Below are positions 48,894 through 58,319 of a DNA stretch of 58,576 nucleotides, in pieces. The DNA is taken from the IMG/VR virus record IMGVR_UViG_3300028287_000004, positions 1 to 58,576 of that record, one strand, 5' to 3'. The notes beneath the pieces were generated by a model that saw only the letters and a list, made by a program, of their open reading frames with translations, ran no database searches and was not told the origin of the DNA. Position 1 is the stretch's first letter. The number at the start of each line of letters is the position of its first letter. A program made the position numbers and the translations under genes. Origin of the DNA: a virus (Duplodnaviria; Caudoviricetes).

Positions 48894-48918
48894 TAAATAC
48901 TAAAAAGGAAACATTACT

Positions 48919-50457
48919 ATGGCTATAAATTATAACAGCATTGCTGAAAAGACAATGAGAATCATACAAGGATATGGGTTTCAAGTAAAGATGTTTGATT
49001 CATCAAATGGCAAAAGCGTTGCGGATCCAAGTGATGCTAGATACTTTTATGTAGAAACACCAAATATGATGGTGCATCTAAATGATGATTCAGAAGAATT
49101 AAAACTTCATCTCGGTGAACACACTGACATAGATGAACAAAATATAGATAAGCTAATCAAAACTATGCGAACTATTGCTAGAACAAATATGATTGACTTT
49201 GATATCAGAACATTCGGTAAGCATATTGAACCAAAAAATTATGCATATGAAATTGAAAAAAACAAGGAGCAGACTATGAGTGACGTATTTAACGAGGGTT
49301 TAAGCCCATTAGAAGGTTCATCACGCACAAGTCGCCAAACACTAGAAAATGTACGACTAATCGTTAAGCATCGTGCGCCAGTAAATGAAGAACAACGTGG
49401 TTCACGTTCACGTAACATTTCAGCAATCTTTATTGAGAATGCTGATGGCGAACGTTTTAAGTATCCACATAAACATTTGAATGGTGCAAGAGCTATGGCT
49501 AGACACGTTGCACATGGCGGTGTACCAAGTGATATGGTTGGCGAGGCGATTATTGAACAATCAACAAATTTATCAAAACTAAAAGAATTCATGAACGTAG
49601 TGAACAAGCAAGGTCTTGTAAACGAAAACAATCGTTCTATTGTTGCTAATGTAAAGCAAAAGATGGATTCTATTAAAGAATCAATTAAGCGAATTCAAGG
49701 CGCAAAAGGCTACACTTCATTTGTAGAATCACTAGCACTAAATGAAGCTGGCGATGAGAAAATGGTATGTAAAGACTGTGGCGATGAGAAGGGTAAACCA
49801 ACAACTGATTGTAAGCATGACTGCCATGATGATAATGGTTCTCATTGGGTTAAGAAATCAGAATTATCAGAAGATGCAATTGCAGAGTACGTATCTAAAT
49901 TCACAAAGTCATCATTCGAAGAATCACTAAAAGATATTCTTCCGTTAGTTCACAAAGTGAACGAAGAAGAAATGGAAAACAATCGTGCAAATCAAATTGA
50001 CCGTGTAAAAGAAATTATCATGGGAGTCGATAAGAAAACTGGTGAGAAGAAAAATAAAATCTCATTCCCAGCAAAGGGCGAAGTATTCGACATGGATAAA
50101 GTTAAGAAGCAATATGCAGAACCTAGAGATGCAAAGCAAGCGGCAGAACAAAAATCTTTAATGATTGCTCTACAATTCGATGACTTAGCAGACCGTGTAG
50201 ACGTTGATACGATTGACGATAAGAAGCGTAAAAATAAAGGACATGATAGAGCAGCAGAACTATCAAACTTCCTACGTGACTTCGGAGACGATGTTCGTAA
50301 TAATCCAAAAGCACTAGATAAGCAAAAAGTTGCTCTAGCTGGATTCCTTCTTAAAATGTCAAAACAAAAATCAGAATCAGTAGAAGAAACAACAACTATC
50401 GAAGAAAAGATGGAAGCAATGATTGCTGAATCATTCTCAAAATTCGATATTATGTAA
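48919..50457 (+). CDS. Hypothetical late protein with Cys/His cluster
   Basis: 512 aa; GATAAATA at 48892; HLNGARAMARHVAHGG; CKDC...CKHDCH. Confidence 0.8.
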   Translation: MAINYNSIAEKTMRIIQGYGFQVKMFDSSNGKSVADPSDARYFYVETPNMMVHLNDDSEELKLHLGEHTDIDEQNIDKLIKTMRTIARTNMIDFDIRTFGKHIEPKNYAYEIEKNKEQTMSDVFNEGLSPLEGSSRTSRQTLENVRLIVKHRAPVNEEQRGSRSRNISAIFIENADGERFKYPHKHLNGARAMARHVAHGGVPSDMVGEAIIEQSTNLSKLKEFMNVVNKQGLVNENNRSIVANVKQKMDSIKESIKRIQGAKGYTSFVESLALNEAGDEKMVCKDCGDEKGKPTTDCKHDCHDDNGSHWVKKSELSEDAIAEYVSKFTKSSFEESLKDILPLVHKVNEEEMENNRANQIDRVKEIIMGVDKKTGEKKNKISFPAKGEVFDMDKVKKQYAEPRDAKQAAEQKSLMIALQFDDLADRVDVDTIDDKKRKNKGHDRAAELSNFLRDFGDDVRNNPKALDKQKVALAGFLLKMSKQKSESVEETTTIEEKMEAMIAESFSKFDIM

Positions 50458-50478
50458 ATCACCATACTAAAGTATAAG

Positions 50479-50506
50479 AAAAAAGGGAGCGAAAGCTCCC
50501 TTTTTT
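50479..50506 (+). terminator. Intrinsic terminator
   Basis: AAAAGGGAGC-GAAA-GCTCCCTTTT followed by a T run. Confidence 0.9.
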
Positions 50507-50519
50507 ATGCAAAAAACAC

Positions 50520-50548
50520 TTGACTTTGCTAAATAGATGTAGTAATAT
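50520..50548 (+). promoter_or_regulatory. Sigma70-like promoter for the replication/recombination operon
   Basis: TTGACT-17-TAATAT. Confidence 0.6.
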
Positions 50549-50589
50549 AAGTACAGGCTCTAAGAGGATGTGTTGATATTCATTAAGGC

Positions 50590-50653
50590 ACAAAAACTAA
50601 AGCTAATATAAATCTAACATGGCTAACATAGGCTAATATAAAGGAAAACTACA
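50590..50653 (+). promoter_or_regulatory. Repetitive A-rich gp32 leader (putative autogenous translational operator)
   Basis: AGCTAATATA / GGCTAACATA / GGCTAATATA repeats directly before the SD. Confidence 0.6.
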
Positions 50654-51718
50654 ATGGCTACACTAGCAGAAATCCGTGCAAAACTGCTTGCACAAGAAAA
50701 CAAAGCAGAAAATAATTCAAATCAATCACGCGGCTCAGATGCACTATACCCGTTCTGGAATATGGACAACGATAGTACAGCGACAATCCGCTTTCTCCCA
50801 GACTCATCAGCAGACAATGTATTCTTTTGGCGTGAGCGTCAAGTAATCAAAATGTCTTTTGCAGGTATTGTAGGTGGTGAACAAAAACCTATTCAAGTAC
50901 AAGTTCCATGTATCGAAATGTGGGGCGACACATGTCCTATTCATGCAGAAATTCGTCCATGGTTCAAAGACCCATCTATGGAAGACTTGGCTCGTAAGTA
51001 CTGGAAGAAGCGTTCTTACATATTTCAAGGTTTTGTAGTACAAGACCCGATGAATGAAGAATCACCAGAGAATCCTATCCGTCGTTTCGTGATCGGTCCA
51101 CAAATCTTTAAGTTGTTGAAATCAGCATTGATGGATCCAGATATGGAAAATCTACCAACTGATTATGATGCAGGTACAGATTTTCGACTAGTCAAAACAC
51201 AAAAAGGACAGTATGCAGATTACGCTACATCTAATTGGGCTCGCAAAGAACGCTCACTGAATGAAGAAGAACGTTCAGCAATCGAAGCCCATGGTCTTTC
51301 AGACTTGAATGATTTCATGCCAAAGCGTCCTACACAAGACGAAGTGAATGTTATCATGGAGATGTTCGAAGCATCTGTTGATGGTGAACTATATGATCCA
51401 ATGCGTTGGGGCAACTTCTTCAAGCCATATGGTTTGGATGTACCAGAAGGTGCAGAGCCTAACAATTCATCAAGTTCATCAGCATCGAAAGCAACACCAG
51501 CTCCTCGTCCAGCTCCAACAGCTCCTGCAGCAGCACCTGTAGCGGCTCAAGCGGCAGTAGAGGATGATATTCCATTTAAATTAGATGCAGAAGCCGCCTT
51601 AGCAGAACGTAATAGTGCTTCACAAATGGTAGGCGCAGCAAAAGCATCAGCAGATACTGGCGCAGGAAAAGATGCATCAGACATTCTTGCAATGATCCGT
51701 TCTCGTAAATCAGACTAA
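50654..51718 (+). CDS. Single-stranded DNA-binding protein, T4 gp32-like
   Basis: ATIRFLPD, C-x6-CP, KYWKKRSY, G.QIFK, YD.GTDFRLVK, Y.DY.TS.W. Confidence 0.9.
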   Translation: MATLAEIRAKLLAQENKAENNSNQSRGSDALYPFWNMDNDSTATIRFLPDSSADNVFFWRERQVIKMSFAGIVGGEQKPIQVQVPCIEMWGDTCPIHAEIRPWFKDPSMEDLARKYWKKRSYIFQGFVVQDPMNEESPENPIRRFVIGPQIFKLLKSALMDPDMENLPTDYDAGTDFRLVKTQKGQYADYATSNWARKERSLNEEERSAIEAHGLSDLNDFMPKRPTQDEVNVIMEMFEASVDGELYDPMRWGNFFKPYGLDVPEGAEPNNSSSSSASKATPAPRPAPTAPAAAPVAAQAAVEDDIPFKLDAEAALAERNSASQMVGAAKASADTGAGKDASDILAMIRSRKSD

Positions 51719-51734
51719 TTATACTAGTCAACTT

Positions 51735-51762
51735 GGGAGGGCGTGACCGTCCTCCCCTTTTT
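51735..51762 (+). terminator. Intrinsic terminator / attenuator
   Basis: GGGAGGGCG-TGAC-CGTCCTCCC followed by CTTTTT. Confidence 0.75.
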
Positions 51763-51786
51763 CACAAAATTTAATGGAGTTAGACT

Positions 51787-52902
51787 ATGGCAAAAGCATT
51801 TGATGCGTCAAAGTTTCGTAAAAGTATTACAAAAGCAGTCCCAGGAATGTCTGTGGGCTTCCGTGATCCGAATACATGGATCTCAACAGGTAACTACTGT
51901 CTAAACAAGTTAATCTCAAATGACTTCTATAAAGGTATTCCACTTGGTAAAGTGACAGTACTTGCAGGCGAGTCTGGTGCAGGTAAATCATATATTGCAT
52001 CTGGTAACATTATTAAGAATGCACAGGATCAGGGTATCTTTGTGGTTCTAATCGATAGTGAGAACGCACTAGATGAAAGTTGGTTACACGCACTGAATGT
52101 AAGCACAGACGATGATAAGCTACTGAAATTGAATGTAGCCATGATTGATGATGTTGCTAAGATTATTTCAGACTTTATGACAGACTATCGTAAAGAGTAC
52201 ACAGATACACCTGACGAAGAACGTCCTAAGGTTCTGTTCGTACTTGATAGTTTGGGTATGATGTTGACACCAACAGATGTTAATCAGTTCGAAAAAGGTG
52301 AAATGAAAGGCGATATGGGTCGTAAGCCCAAAGCACTATCAGCACTTGTTCGTAACTGTGTAAACATGTTTGGTGATTTCAATGTAGGTATGATTGCAAC
52401 GAATCACACATACGCATCACAAGATATGTTCGATCCAGATGATAAGATTTCAGGCGGACAAGGCTTTATCTATGCATCAAGTATTGTTATCGCTATGCGT
52501 AAACTGAAACTGAAAACAGACGAGAACGGTGTAAAGACATCTAAAGTGCATGGTATTCGTGCCGCATGTAAAGTTGTTAAGACACGTTATTCAAAACCGT
52601 TTGAAAGCGTACAAGTAGAAATTCCATATGAAACAGGTATGTCACCTTATTCAGGTCTGCTTGAATTCTTTGAAGCAAAAGGTCTACTAGTCAAGCAAGG
52701 TAATCGTCTGAAGTATACTACCAAATCTGGTGAAGAAATTCTTGAGTTCCGTAAGAACTGGACTGATGAAAAACTAGACCAAGTTATTGCAGATTGGAAT
52801 ACAGAAGACTTAGATGCAGAAGTAAATGGCCTTGAAGCACTAGAAGTTGATGCTAACGGAGAAATCATCCACGATGAAAACTCTGAACTTAATGAGGTGT
52901 AA
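51787..52902 (+). CDS. uvsX: RecA-like recombinase UvsX
   Basis: ISTGNY.LN, AGESGAGKS, LIDSE, VLDSLG, TNHTY, SGGQG. Confidence 0.93.
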   Translation: MAKAFDASKFRKSITKAVPGMSVGFRDPNTWISTGNYCLNKLISNDFYKGIPLGKVTVLAGESGAGKSYIASGNIIKNAQDQGIFVVLIDSENALDESWLHALNVSTDDDKLLKLNVAMIDDVAKIISDFMTDYRKEYTDTPDEERPKVLFVLDSLGMMLTPTDVNQFEKGEMKGDMGRKPKALSALVRNCVNMFGDFNVGMIATNHTYASQDMFDPDDKISGGQGFIYASSIVIAMRKLKLKTDENGVKTSKVHGIRAACKVVKTRYSKPFESVQVEIPYETGMSPYSGLLEFFEAKGLLVKQGNRLKYTTKSGEEILEFRKNWTDEKLDQVIADWNTEDLDAEVNGLEALEVDANGEIIHDENSELNEV

Positions 52903-52905
52903 AGA

Positions 52906-53352
52906 ATGACTAAGTACTACTCAACAAAGACTTATGGTCACAACATTGGGCTTTCGGCTGTTTTTAGACAGCCGTTAGCACACTCTCATTGCAAGTTCTT
53001 GCATGGGTATAGCTTACAGTTTAAGTTTATTTTCGGTTGCGAAGAACTAGATGAACGCAATTGGGTAGTTGATTTCGGTGGCTTAAAGCCATTGAAGAAG
53101 TGGTTAGAAGATAACTTTGATCACAAAGTAGTTGTTGACAGGGCTGATCCTTTGTTGTATAAACTAAGTGAACTAGAATCATCTGGTTTAGCAGAACTTA
53201 CATTATTTGATGGTGTGGGGGTTGAGAAGTTCGCAGAACATGCTCATAAGTTTGCTGATGAACTAGTTCGAGAAATGACAAACAATAGGTGTCATTGTGT
53301 CAGTGCAGAATGTGCTGAACATGGTGCAAACTCAGCAATTTACGAGGCGTAA
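52906..53352 (+). CDS. queD: 6-carboxy-5,6,7,8-tetrahydropterin synthase (QueD/PTPS family)
   Basis: HCKFLHGY, WVVDFGGLK, FDHK, EHGANSAIY. Confidence 0.85.
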   Translation: MTKYYSTKTYGHNIGLSAVFRQPLAHSHCKFLHGYSLQFKFIFGCEELDERNWVVDFGGLKPLKKWLEDNFDHKVVVDRADPLLYKLSELESSGLAELTLFDGVGVEKFAEHAHKFADELVREMTNNRCHCVSAECAEHGANSAIYEA

Positions 53353-53359
53353 AAATAAA

Positions 53360-53608
53360 ATGGCAGCAGTAGACTCAGACGTAATATTTGACATATGGGA
53401 AGCATTCAAAGTATTAGTTCCAGCTAAGGAACGAATGAATGCGGCAGAACGATTGATTAAAATATGTGATGATGTAGGTTTTCAGAAAGAAGACATTGCA
53501 GAAATGACAGAGAACGATAAGATTCTTGAAACAGCGTTTGATATATATTTTCAAGACGACTACGATGAAGATGAAGACGACGACTCTTGGGATGATTATG
53601 ACGAATGA
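53360..53608 (+). CDS. Small acidic hypothetical protein
   Basis: Start MAAVDSD; acidic tail; ATGA overlap with uvsY. Confidence 0.7.
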   Translation: MAAVDSDVIFDIWEAFKVLVPAKERMNAAERLIKICDDVGFQKEDIAEMTENDKILETAFDIYFQDDYDEDEDDDSWDDYDE

Positions 53609-54060
53609 GTTGGTATAGTAAAATCGTTGCGGACTGGAGTAAGATCCCTTCTTGTATAGATCACTTTGAAAGTGAACTACAAGAAGCCCGCAATGAAGTA
53701 AAAATATATGGTAATGTTGAAAAGAATGCAACGATGTTACCCGGATATGTAGAACTACGATTTGGGCAATTACAGGAAATCGAAGCAATTCTAGAACATC
53801 TAAATATACAGTTACGTAAGAAACGAAGTGAATACTTGCGTAAGTACTTAGAAAACTATAATAAAGCACTAAGTAGTAGGGACGCAGAAAAGTATGCAGA
53901 CGGCGAAGCAGAAGTTGTTGCTATCTCAGAACTTATTAATCAAGTAGCGTTATTACGAAACAAATACCAAGGCATTACCAAGGGATTTGAAATTAAGCAC
54001 TTTCAGTTGAGTAACATTATTAAACTAAGAGTGGCGGGCATGGAAGATGCAACGATATAA
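53605..54060 (+). CDS. uvsY: Recombination mediator UvsY-like
   Basis: 151 aa helical; DAEKY.D.E, K.FQLSNIIKLR.AG; downstream of uvsX. Confidence 0.75.
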   Translation: MSWYSKIVADWSKIPSCIDHFESELQEARNEVKIYGNVEKNATMLPGYVELRFGQLQEIEAILEHLNIQLRKKRSEYLRKYLENYNKALSSRDAEKYADGEAEVVAISELINQVALLRNKYQGITKGFEIKHFQLSNIIKLRVAGMEDATI

Positions 54061-54123
54061 ACAATAGATATTAAGATATAAGCGGTGTTGTTAAATACAT
54101 TGCGATTTCGGAGAAAACAATAA

Positions 54124-56415
54124 ATGAAAATTCAAGTAATAAAACGTGACGGCGACAAAGAGGTTTTAGACCTCGAGAAAATGCACAAAGTCGTTTTCTT
54201 TGCGTGTGACGGCATTGCTGGAGTATCACCAAGTGAAGTTGAGATAAAATCTCATATCCAGTTCTATGACGGTATTACAAGTTCAGAAATTCAAGAAACG
54301 CTGATTAAATCAGCGGCAGATTTGATCAATGAAGATACCCCAAACTATCAGTGGGTAGCAGGTAATCTAGTAAACTATCATTTGCGAAAGATGGTATATA
54401 ATAGTTTTGAGCCGTGTCACGTACTTGACTTAGTGAAGAAAAATACGAACCGTGGCTTTTATGATACTGCGTTGCTTGAAGACTATTCTGAAGAAGAATG
54501 GGAAACAATCAATAACTATATTAAACATGATAGAGATTTTAATATTTCTTATGTTGGTATGGAACAATTCCGTGGCAAATATCTAGTACAAAATCGTGTA
54601 ACTAAAGATGTATTTGAAACCCCGCAGATGGCTTATATGTTAATTGCCGCTACGCTGTTTTCAAGTTATCCTAAGGAAACACGTATGAAGTGGGTAAAAG
54701 ATTACTATGATGCAATTAGTAACTTTGATATCTCACTCCCAACTCCAGTGATGGCAGGCGTTCGTACGCCGCAGAGACAGTTTTCCTCCTGTGTTCTAAT
54801 TGAGACTGGTGACTCGCTTGATTCAATCAATGCGACATCTAGTGCAATCGTAAAATATGTCTCACAGAAAGCGGGCATCGGCGTTAACGCTGGTGCTATT
54901 CGTGCGATCAATTCTCCGATCCGAAACGGAGATGCGTCACACACTGGTGTTATCCCTTTCTATAAAATGTTCCAAGCGGCTGTTAAATCATGTTCACAAG
55001 GTGGTGTTCGTGGTGGTGCAGCGACTCTGTACTATCCGCTTTGGCATTTAGAAGTAGAAGATATGCTTGTTCTAAAGAACAACAAAGGCACAGAAGACAA
55101 CCGTGTACGTCACTTAGACTACGGTGTGCAATTTAACAAGTTGATGTATGAACGTCTAATGACTGGCGGCAACATCACTCTATTCTCTCCTAACGATGTT
55201 CCGGGACTGTATGAAGCATTCTTTGACGATCAAGACAAGTTCCGTGAATTGTATGAGAAAGCAGAACGCAAAACATCCATTCGTAAGAAGTCAATTCCGG
55301 CAATCGATCTATTCTCTGCATTCATGAATGAGCGCAAGAACACGGGTCGTATCTATCTGATGAACGTAGATCACGCTAACGATCATGGAGCATTCAAACC
55401 TGATCTAGCTCCTATTCGTCAATCAAACCTATGCTGTGAAATTAATCTACCGACAAAGCCACTAGAACACATCTTTGATGAAGAGGGTGAAATTTCGCTA
55501 TGTACTCTAAGTGCTATCAATTGGGGTAACATTAAAACTCCAGCAGACTTTGCTAAACCTTGTGAATTATCAATTCGTGGGCTAGATGCACTATTAGATT
55601 ATCAAAAGTATCCAGTACTTGCAGCACAGTTATCAACTGAAAAGCGCAGACCACTGGGTATCGGTATCATTAACTTTGCTTACTGGTTAGCTAAGAATGA
55701 TACAAACTATTCAAATCCAAACTTAGAGTTAGTTGATGAATGGGCAGAAGCATGGAGCTACTACTTAATCAAAGCATCTAACACTCTTGCGAAAGAACAA
55801 GGCAAATGTTCTGGCACAGACGAAACACGTTATGGTGATGGTGTAGTTCCAATGGATACTCGTAAACGTGATGTGGATGAACTTACTCCGTATGTTGAAC
55901 GTCAAGATTGGGCGACATTACGTGCAGACTTACAAGAGTATGGTATTCGTAACTCAACTGTTATGGCTCTTATGCCAGCAGAAACATCAGCACAGATTAG
56001 TAACTCAACAAACGGTATTGAGCCTCCACGCTCACTAGTGTCAGTTAAGCAATCTAAGCATGGTGTTCTAAAGCAAGTTGTACCGGGTATTCACAAGCTA
56101 AAGAACAAATACGAATTACTATGGGATCAGCAGTCACCAGAAGGTTACTTGAAGATCATGGCAGTTCTACAGAAATATATTGACCAAGGTATCTCAGTAA
56201 ACACTTCATACAATCCAGTATTCTTTGATGAAGAAAAGATCCCTATGTCAGTGATGCTACAACATCTTATCATGTTCTATAAATACGGTGGTAAGCAGTT
56301 GTACTACTTCAACACATTCGACGGTCAAGGAGAGATTGACGTATCGAAACTAATGGACGAACCACTAGCACAATCTGTCATTGATGATGAAGATTGTGAT
56401 GCGTGTGTAATTTAA
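54124..56415 (+). CDS. nrdA: Class Ia ribonucleotide reductase alpha subunit
   Basis: ATP cone VIKRDG; FSSCVL; SNLCCEI; LYY; terminal CDAC. Confidence 0.97.
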   Translation: MKIQVIKRDGDKEVLDLEKMHKVVFFACDGIAGVSPSEVEIKSHIQFYDGITSSEIQETLIKSAADLINEDTPNYQWVAGNLVNYHLRKMVYNSFEPCHVLDLVKKNTNRGFYDTALLEDYSEEEWETINNYIKHDRDFNISYVGMEQFRGKYLVQNRVTKDVFETPQMAYMLIAATLFSSYPKETRMKWVKDYYDAISNFDISLPTPVMAGVRTPQRQFSSCVLIETGDSLDSINATSSAIVKYVSQKAGIGVNAGAIRAINSPIRNGDASHTGVIPFYKMFQAAVKSCSQGGVRGGAATLYYPLWHLEVEDMLVLKNNKGTEDNRVRHLDYGVQFNKLMYERLMTGGNITLFSPNDVPGLYEAFFDDQDKFRELYEKAERKTSIRKKSIPAIDLFSAFMNERKNTGRIYLMNVDHANDHGAFKPDLAPIRQSNLCCEINLPTKPLEHIFDEEGEISLCTLSAINWGNIKTPADFAKPCELSIRGLDALLDYQKYPVLAAQLSTEKRRPLGIGIINFAYWLAKNDTNYSNPNLELVDEWAEAWSYYLIKASNTLAKEQGKCSGTDETRYGDGVVPMDTRKRDVDELTPYVERQDWATLRADLQEYGIRNSTVMALMPAETSAQISNSTNGIEPPRSLVSVKQSKHGVLKQVVPGIHKLKNKYELLWDQQSPEGYLKIMAVLQKYIDQGISVNTSYNPVFFDEEKIPMSVMLQHLIMFYKYGGKQLYYFNTFDGQGEIDVSKLMDEPLAQSVIDDEDCDACVI

Positions 56416-56431
56416 AACGAGAGAGAAATAA

Positions 56432-57562
56432 ATGTCAGTATTCAATTCAAAAAACAAAGCAGATCATACAAAAGCACTAGCATTTCTAGACCCAAATGGT
56501 GGGGTTGCTATTCAACGTTTTGATATGCTAAAATATAAACAGTTTGACAAGCTAACAGACAAGCAACTAGGTTTCTTCTGGCGTCCAGAGGAAGTAGATG
56601 TAACTAAAGATAGTAATGATTTTAAAAATCTTACAGACCATGAGCGTCATATCTTTACATCAAATCTAAAACGTCAAATTCTACTAGATAGTGTACAAGG
56701 ACGTGCGCCAGTAGAAGCATTTGGTCCACTAGTATCCATTCCAGAACTAGAAGCATGGATCCAAACTTGGACATTTAGTGAAACAATTCACTCACGTTCA
56801 TATACTCACATCATTCGTAATGTATACTCAGACCCTTCTAAAGTGTTTGACGTCATGATGGATATCGAAGAGATTATGGATTGTGCTGATGATATCTCAG
56901 AATGCTATGACCAACTAATCGATATGACATCATACTTCAATCTATTGGGCGAAGGTACGCATACTGTAAATGGTAATGAAGTAGTAGTAGACAAATACGA
57001 AATTAAAAAGTTGCTTTATAAAACTCTTATGAGCGTAAATATCCTTGAAGGAGTTCGTTTCTATGTCTCATTTGCGTGTTCATGGGCATTTGCAGAACTG
57101 AAGAAGATGGAAGGGAATGCAAAGATTATTAAACTAATCGCACGTGATGAAAATCTACACTTAGCATCTACTCAAACACTTCTGAAACTTCTTCCAAAAG
57201 ATGATCCAGACTTCATTCAGATTGCTAAAGAAACAGAAGCAGAATGCATTCAAATGTTTGTAGACGCAGTAGAGCAAGAAAAGCAGTGGGCAAACTATCT
57301 GTTTAAAGATGGTTCAATGATTGGTCTAAACACACAACTACTTTCAGATTATATTGAATGGATTTGTTGTAAGCGTATGACAGCAGTAGGACTTAAATGT
57401 CCATATCAAACTCCACAAGCTAATCCACTACCGTGGACACAGAAGTGGATTTCAGGTGCAGACGTACAAGTAGCACCACAAGAAACAGAAATTTCATCAT
57501 ACGTTATCGGTGGAGTTAAGCAAGATGTTGACACTAATACATTCGGAGGCATGTCACTATAA
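56432..57562 (+). CDS. nrdB: Class Ia ribonucleotide reductase beta subunit
   Basis: FFWRPEEV, LLDSVQGR, ETIHSRSY, EGVRFY.SF, RDENLH, APQETEISSY. Confidence 0.97.
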   Translation: MSVFNSKNKADHTKALAFLDPNGGVAIQRFDMLKYKQFDKLTDKQLGFFWRPEEVDVTKDSNDFKNLTDHERHIFTSNLKRQILLDSVQGRAPVEAFGPLVSIPELEAWIQTWTFSETIHSRSYTHIIRNVYSDPSKVFDVMMDIEEIMDCADDISECYDQLIDMTSYFNLLGEGTHTVNGNEVVVDKYEIKKLLYKTLMSVNILEGVRFYVSFACSWAFAELKKMEGNAKIIKLIARDENLHLASTQTLLKLLPKDDPDFIQIAKETEAECIQMFVDAVEQEKQWANYLFKDGSMIGLNTQLLSDYIEWICCKRMTAVGLKCPYQTPQANPLPWTQKWISGADVQVAPQETEISSYVIGGVKQDVDTNTFGGMSL

Positions 57563-58206
57563 TGGAACACGTATTTGATGATACATGGATTAGACAAAAA
57601 CAATTTAAAGTTGCTATGGAAAACGAAGTTATTCACATTCCTTCAACTGCAATCGACCATAAAGTAATTGATGCACAATTACCTGGGTTTATCACGGGCG
57701 CAACGGGAGATGATAAGTCTCAATTTATTTTAGATGTTGGCTGTGGTGATGGTTATGCGATGCAAAAGATGGTTGATATGGAGTATGAAAATGTTCAAGG
57801 CATCACACTTCACACAGAAGACCATCTTGCATGTAAAGAAAAGGGACTAACTTCACATGTGATGAACTATAACTTTTCTGAGTTAATGAAAGGATTCTTT
57901 CATGTAGCTTGGATGCGTCAATCACTACAATTTTCATTTCAGCCATTCTTTACTATGCTAGAACTTAATCGTGTTATGCGACTAAATGGCTGGGTATATA
58001 TCGAAGTTCCAGATACATCTAATGAAGGTGTTCCTCTAGGTACGTTGCACCGAGAAACATACGAGCGTATTTTTAAATCAGCAGGCTTTGAAATTATACA
58101 AAGTGATAATATCAAATTGTCAGTTGGTGATGTGAGCGAATCGCATAACTTTTTTGCACTTACAAAACGTGCAAATGTGTCATTACCAGAGCTACCAGAA
58201 GAATAA
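57562..58206 (+). CDS. Class I SAM-dependent methyltransferase
   Basis: ILDVGCGDG motif I; ELNRVMRLNGWVYIEVP. Confidence 0.85.
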   Translation: MEHVFDDTWIRQKQFKVAMENEVIHIPSTAIDHKVIDAQLPGFITGATGDDKSQFILDVGCGDGYAMQKMVDMEYENVQGITLHTEDHLACKEKGLTSHVMNYNFSELMKGFFHVAWMRQSLQFSFQPFFTMLELNRVMRLNGWVYIEVPDTSNEGVPLGTLHRETYERIFKSAGFEIIQSDNIKLSVGDVSESHNFFALTKRANVSLPELPEE

Positions 58207-58234
58207 TAAAAGTTAAAAAAATTATAAGTCATTG

Positions 58235-58264
58235 AAGTGCAATGGTTTTCTCTTGCACTTTTTT
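58235..58264 (+). terminator. Intrinsic terminator
   Basis: AAGTGCAA...TTGCACTT followed by a T run. Confidence 0.6.
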
Positions 58265-58265
58265 G

Positions 58266-58293
58266 TTGACATTCCTGTAAGACATGCTATATT
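58266..58293 (+). promoter_or_regulatory. Sigma70-like early promoter
   Basis: TTGACA-16-TATATT with extended TG. Confidence 0.55.
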
Positions 58294-58319
58294 AATTAAG
58301 TAATCATCGGAGAAACACA

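Noticed and set aside
47337-57562. Inteins or introns in terminase, uvsX, nrdA, nrdB
   Set aside because: Lengths are normal and motifs contiguous; no intein-type boundaries seen
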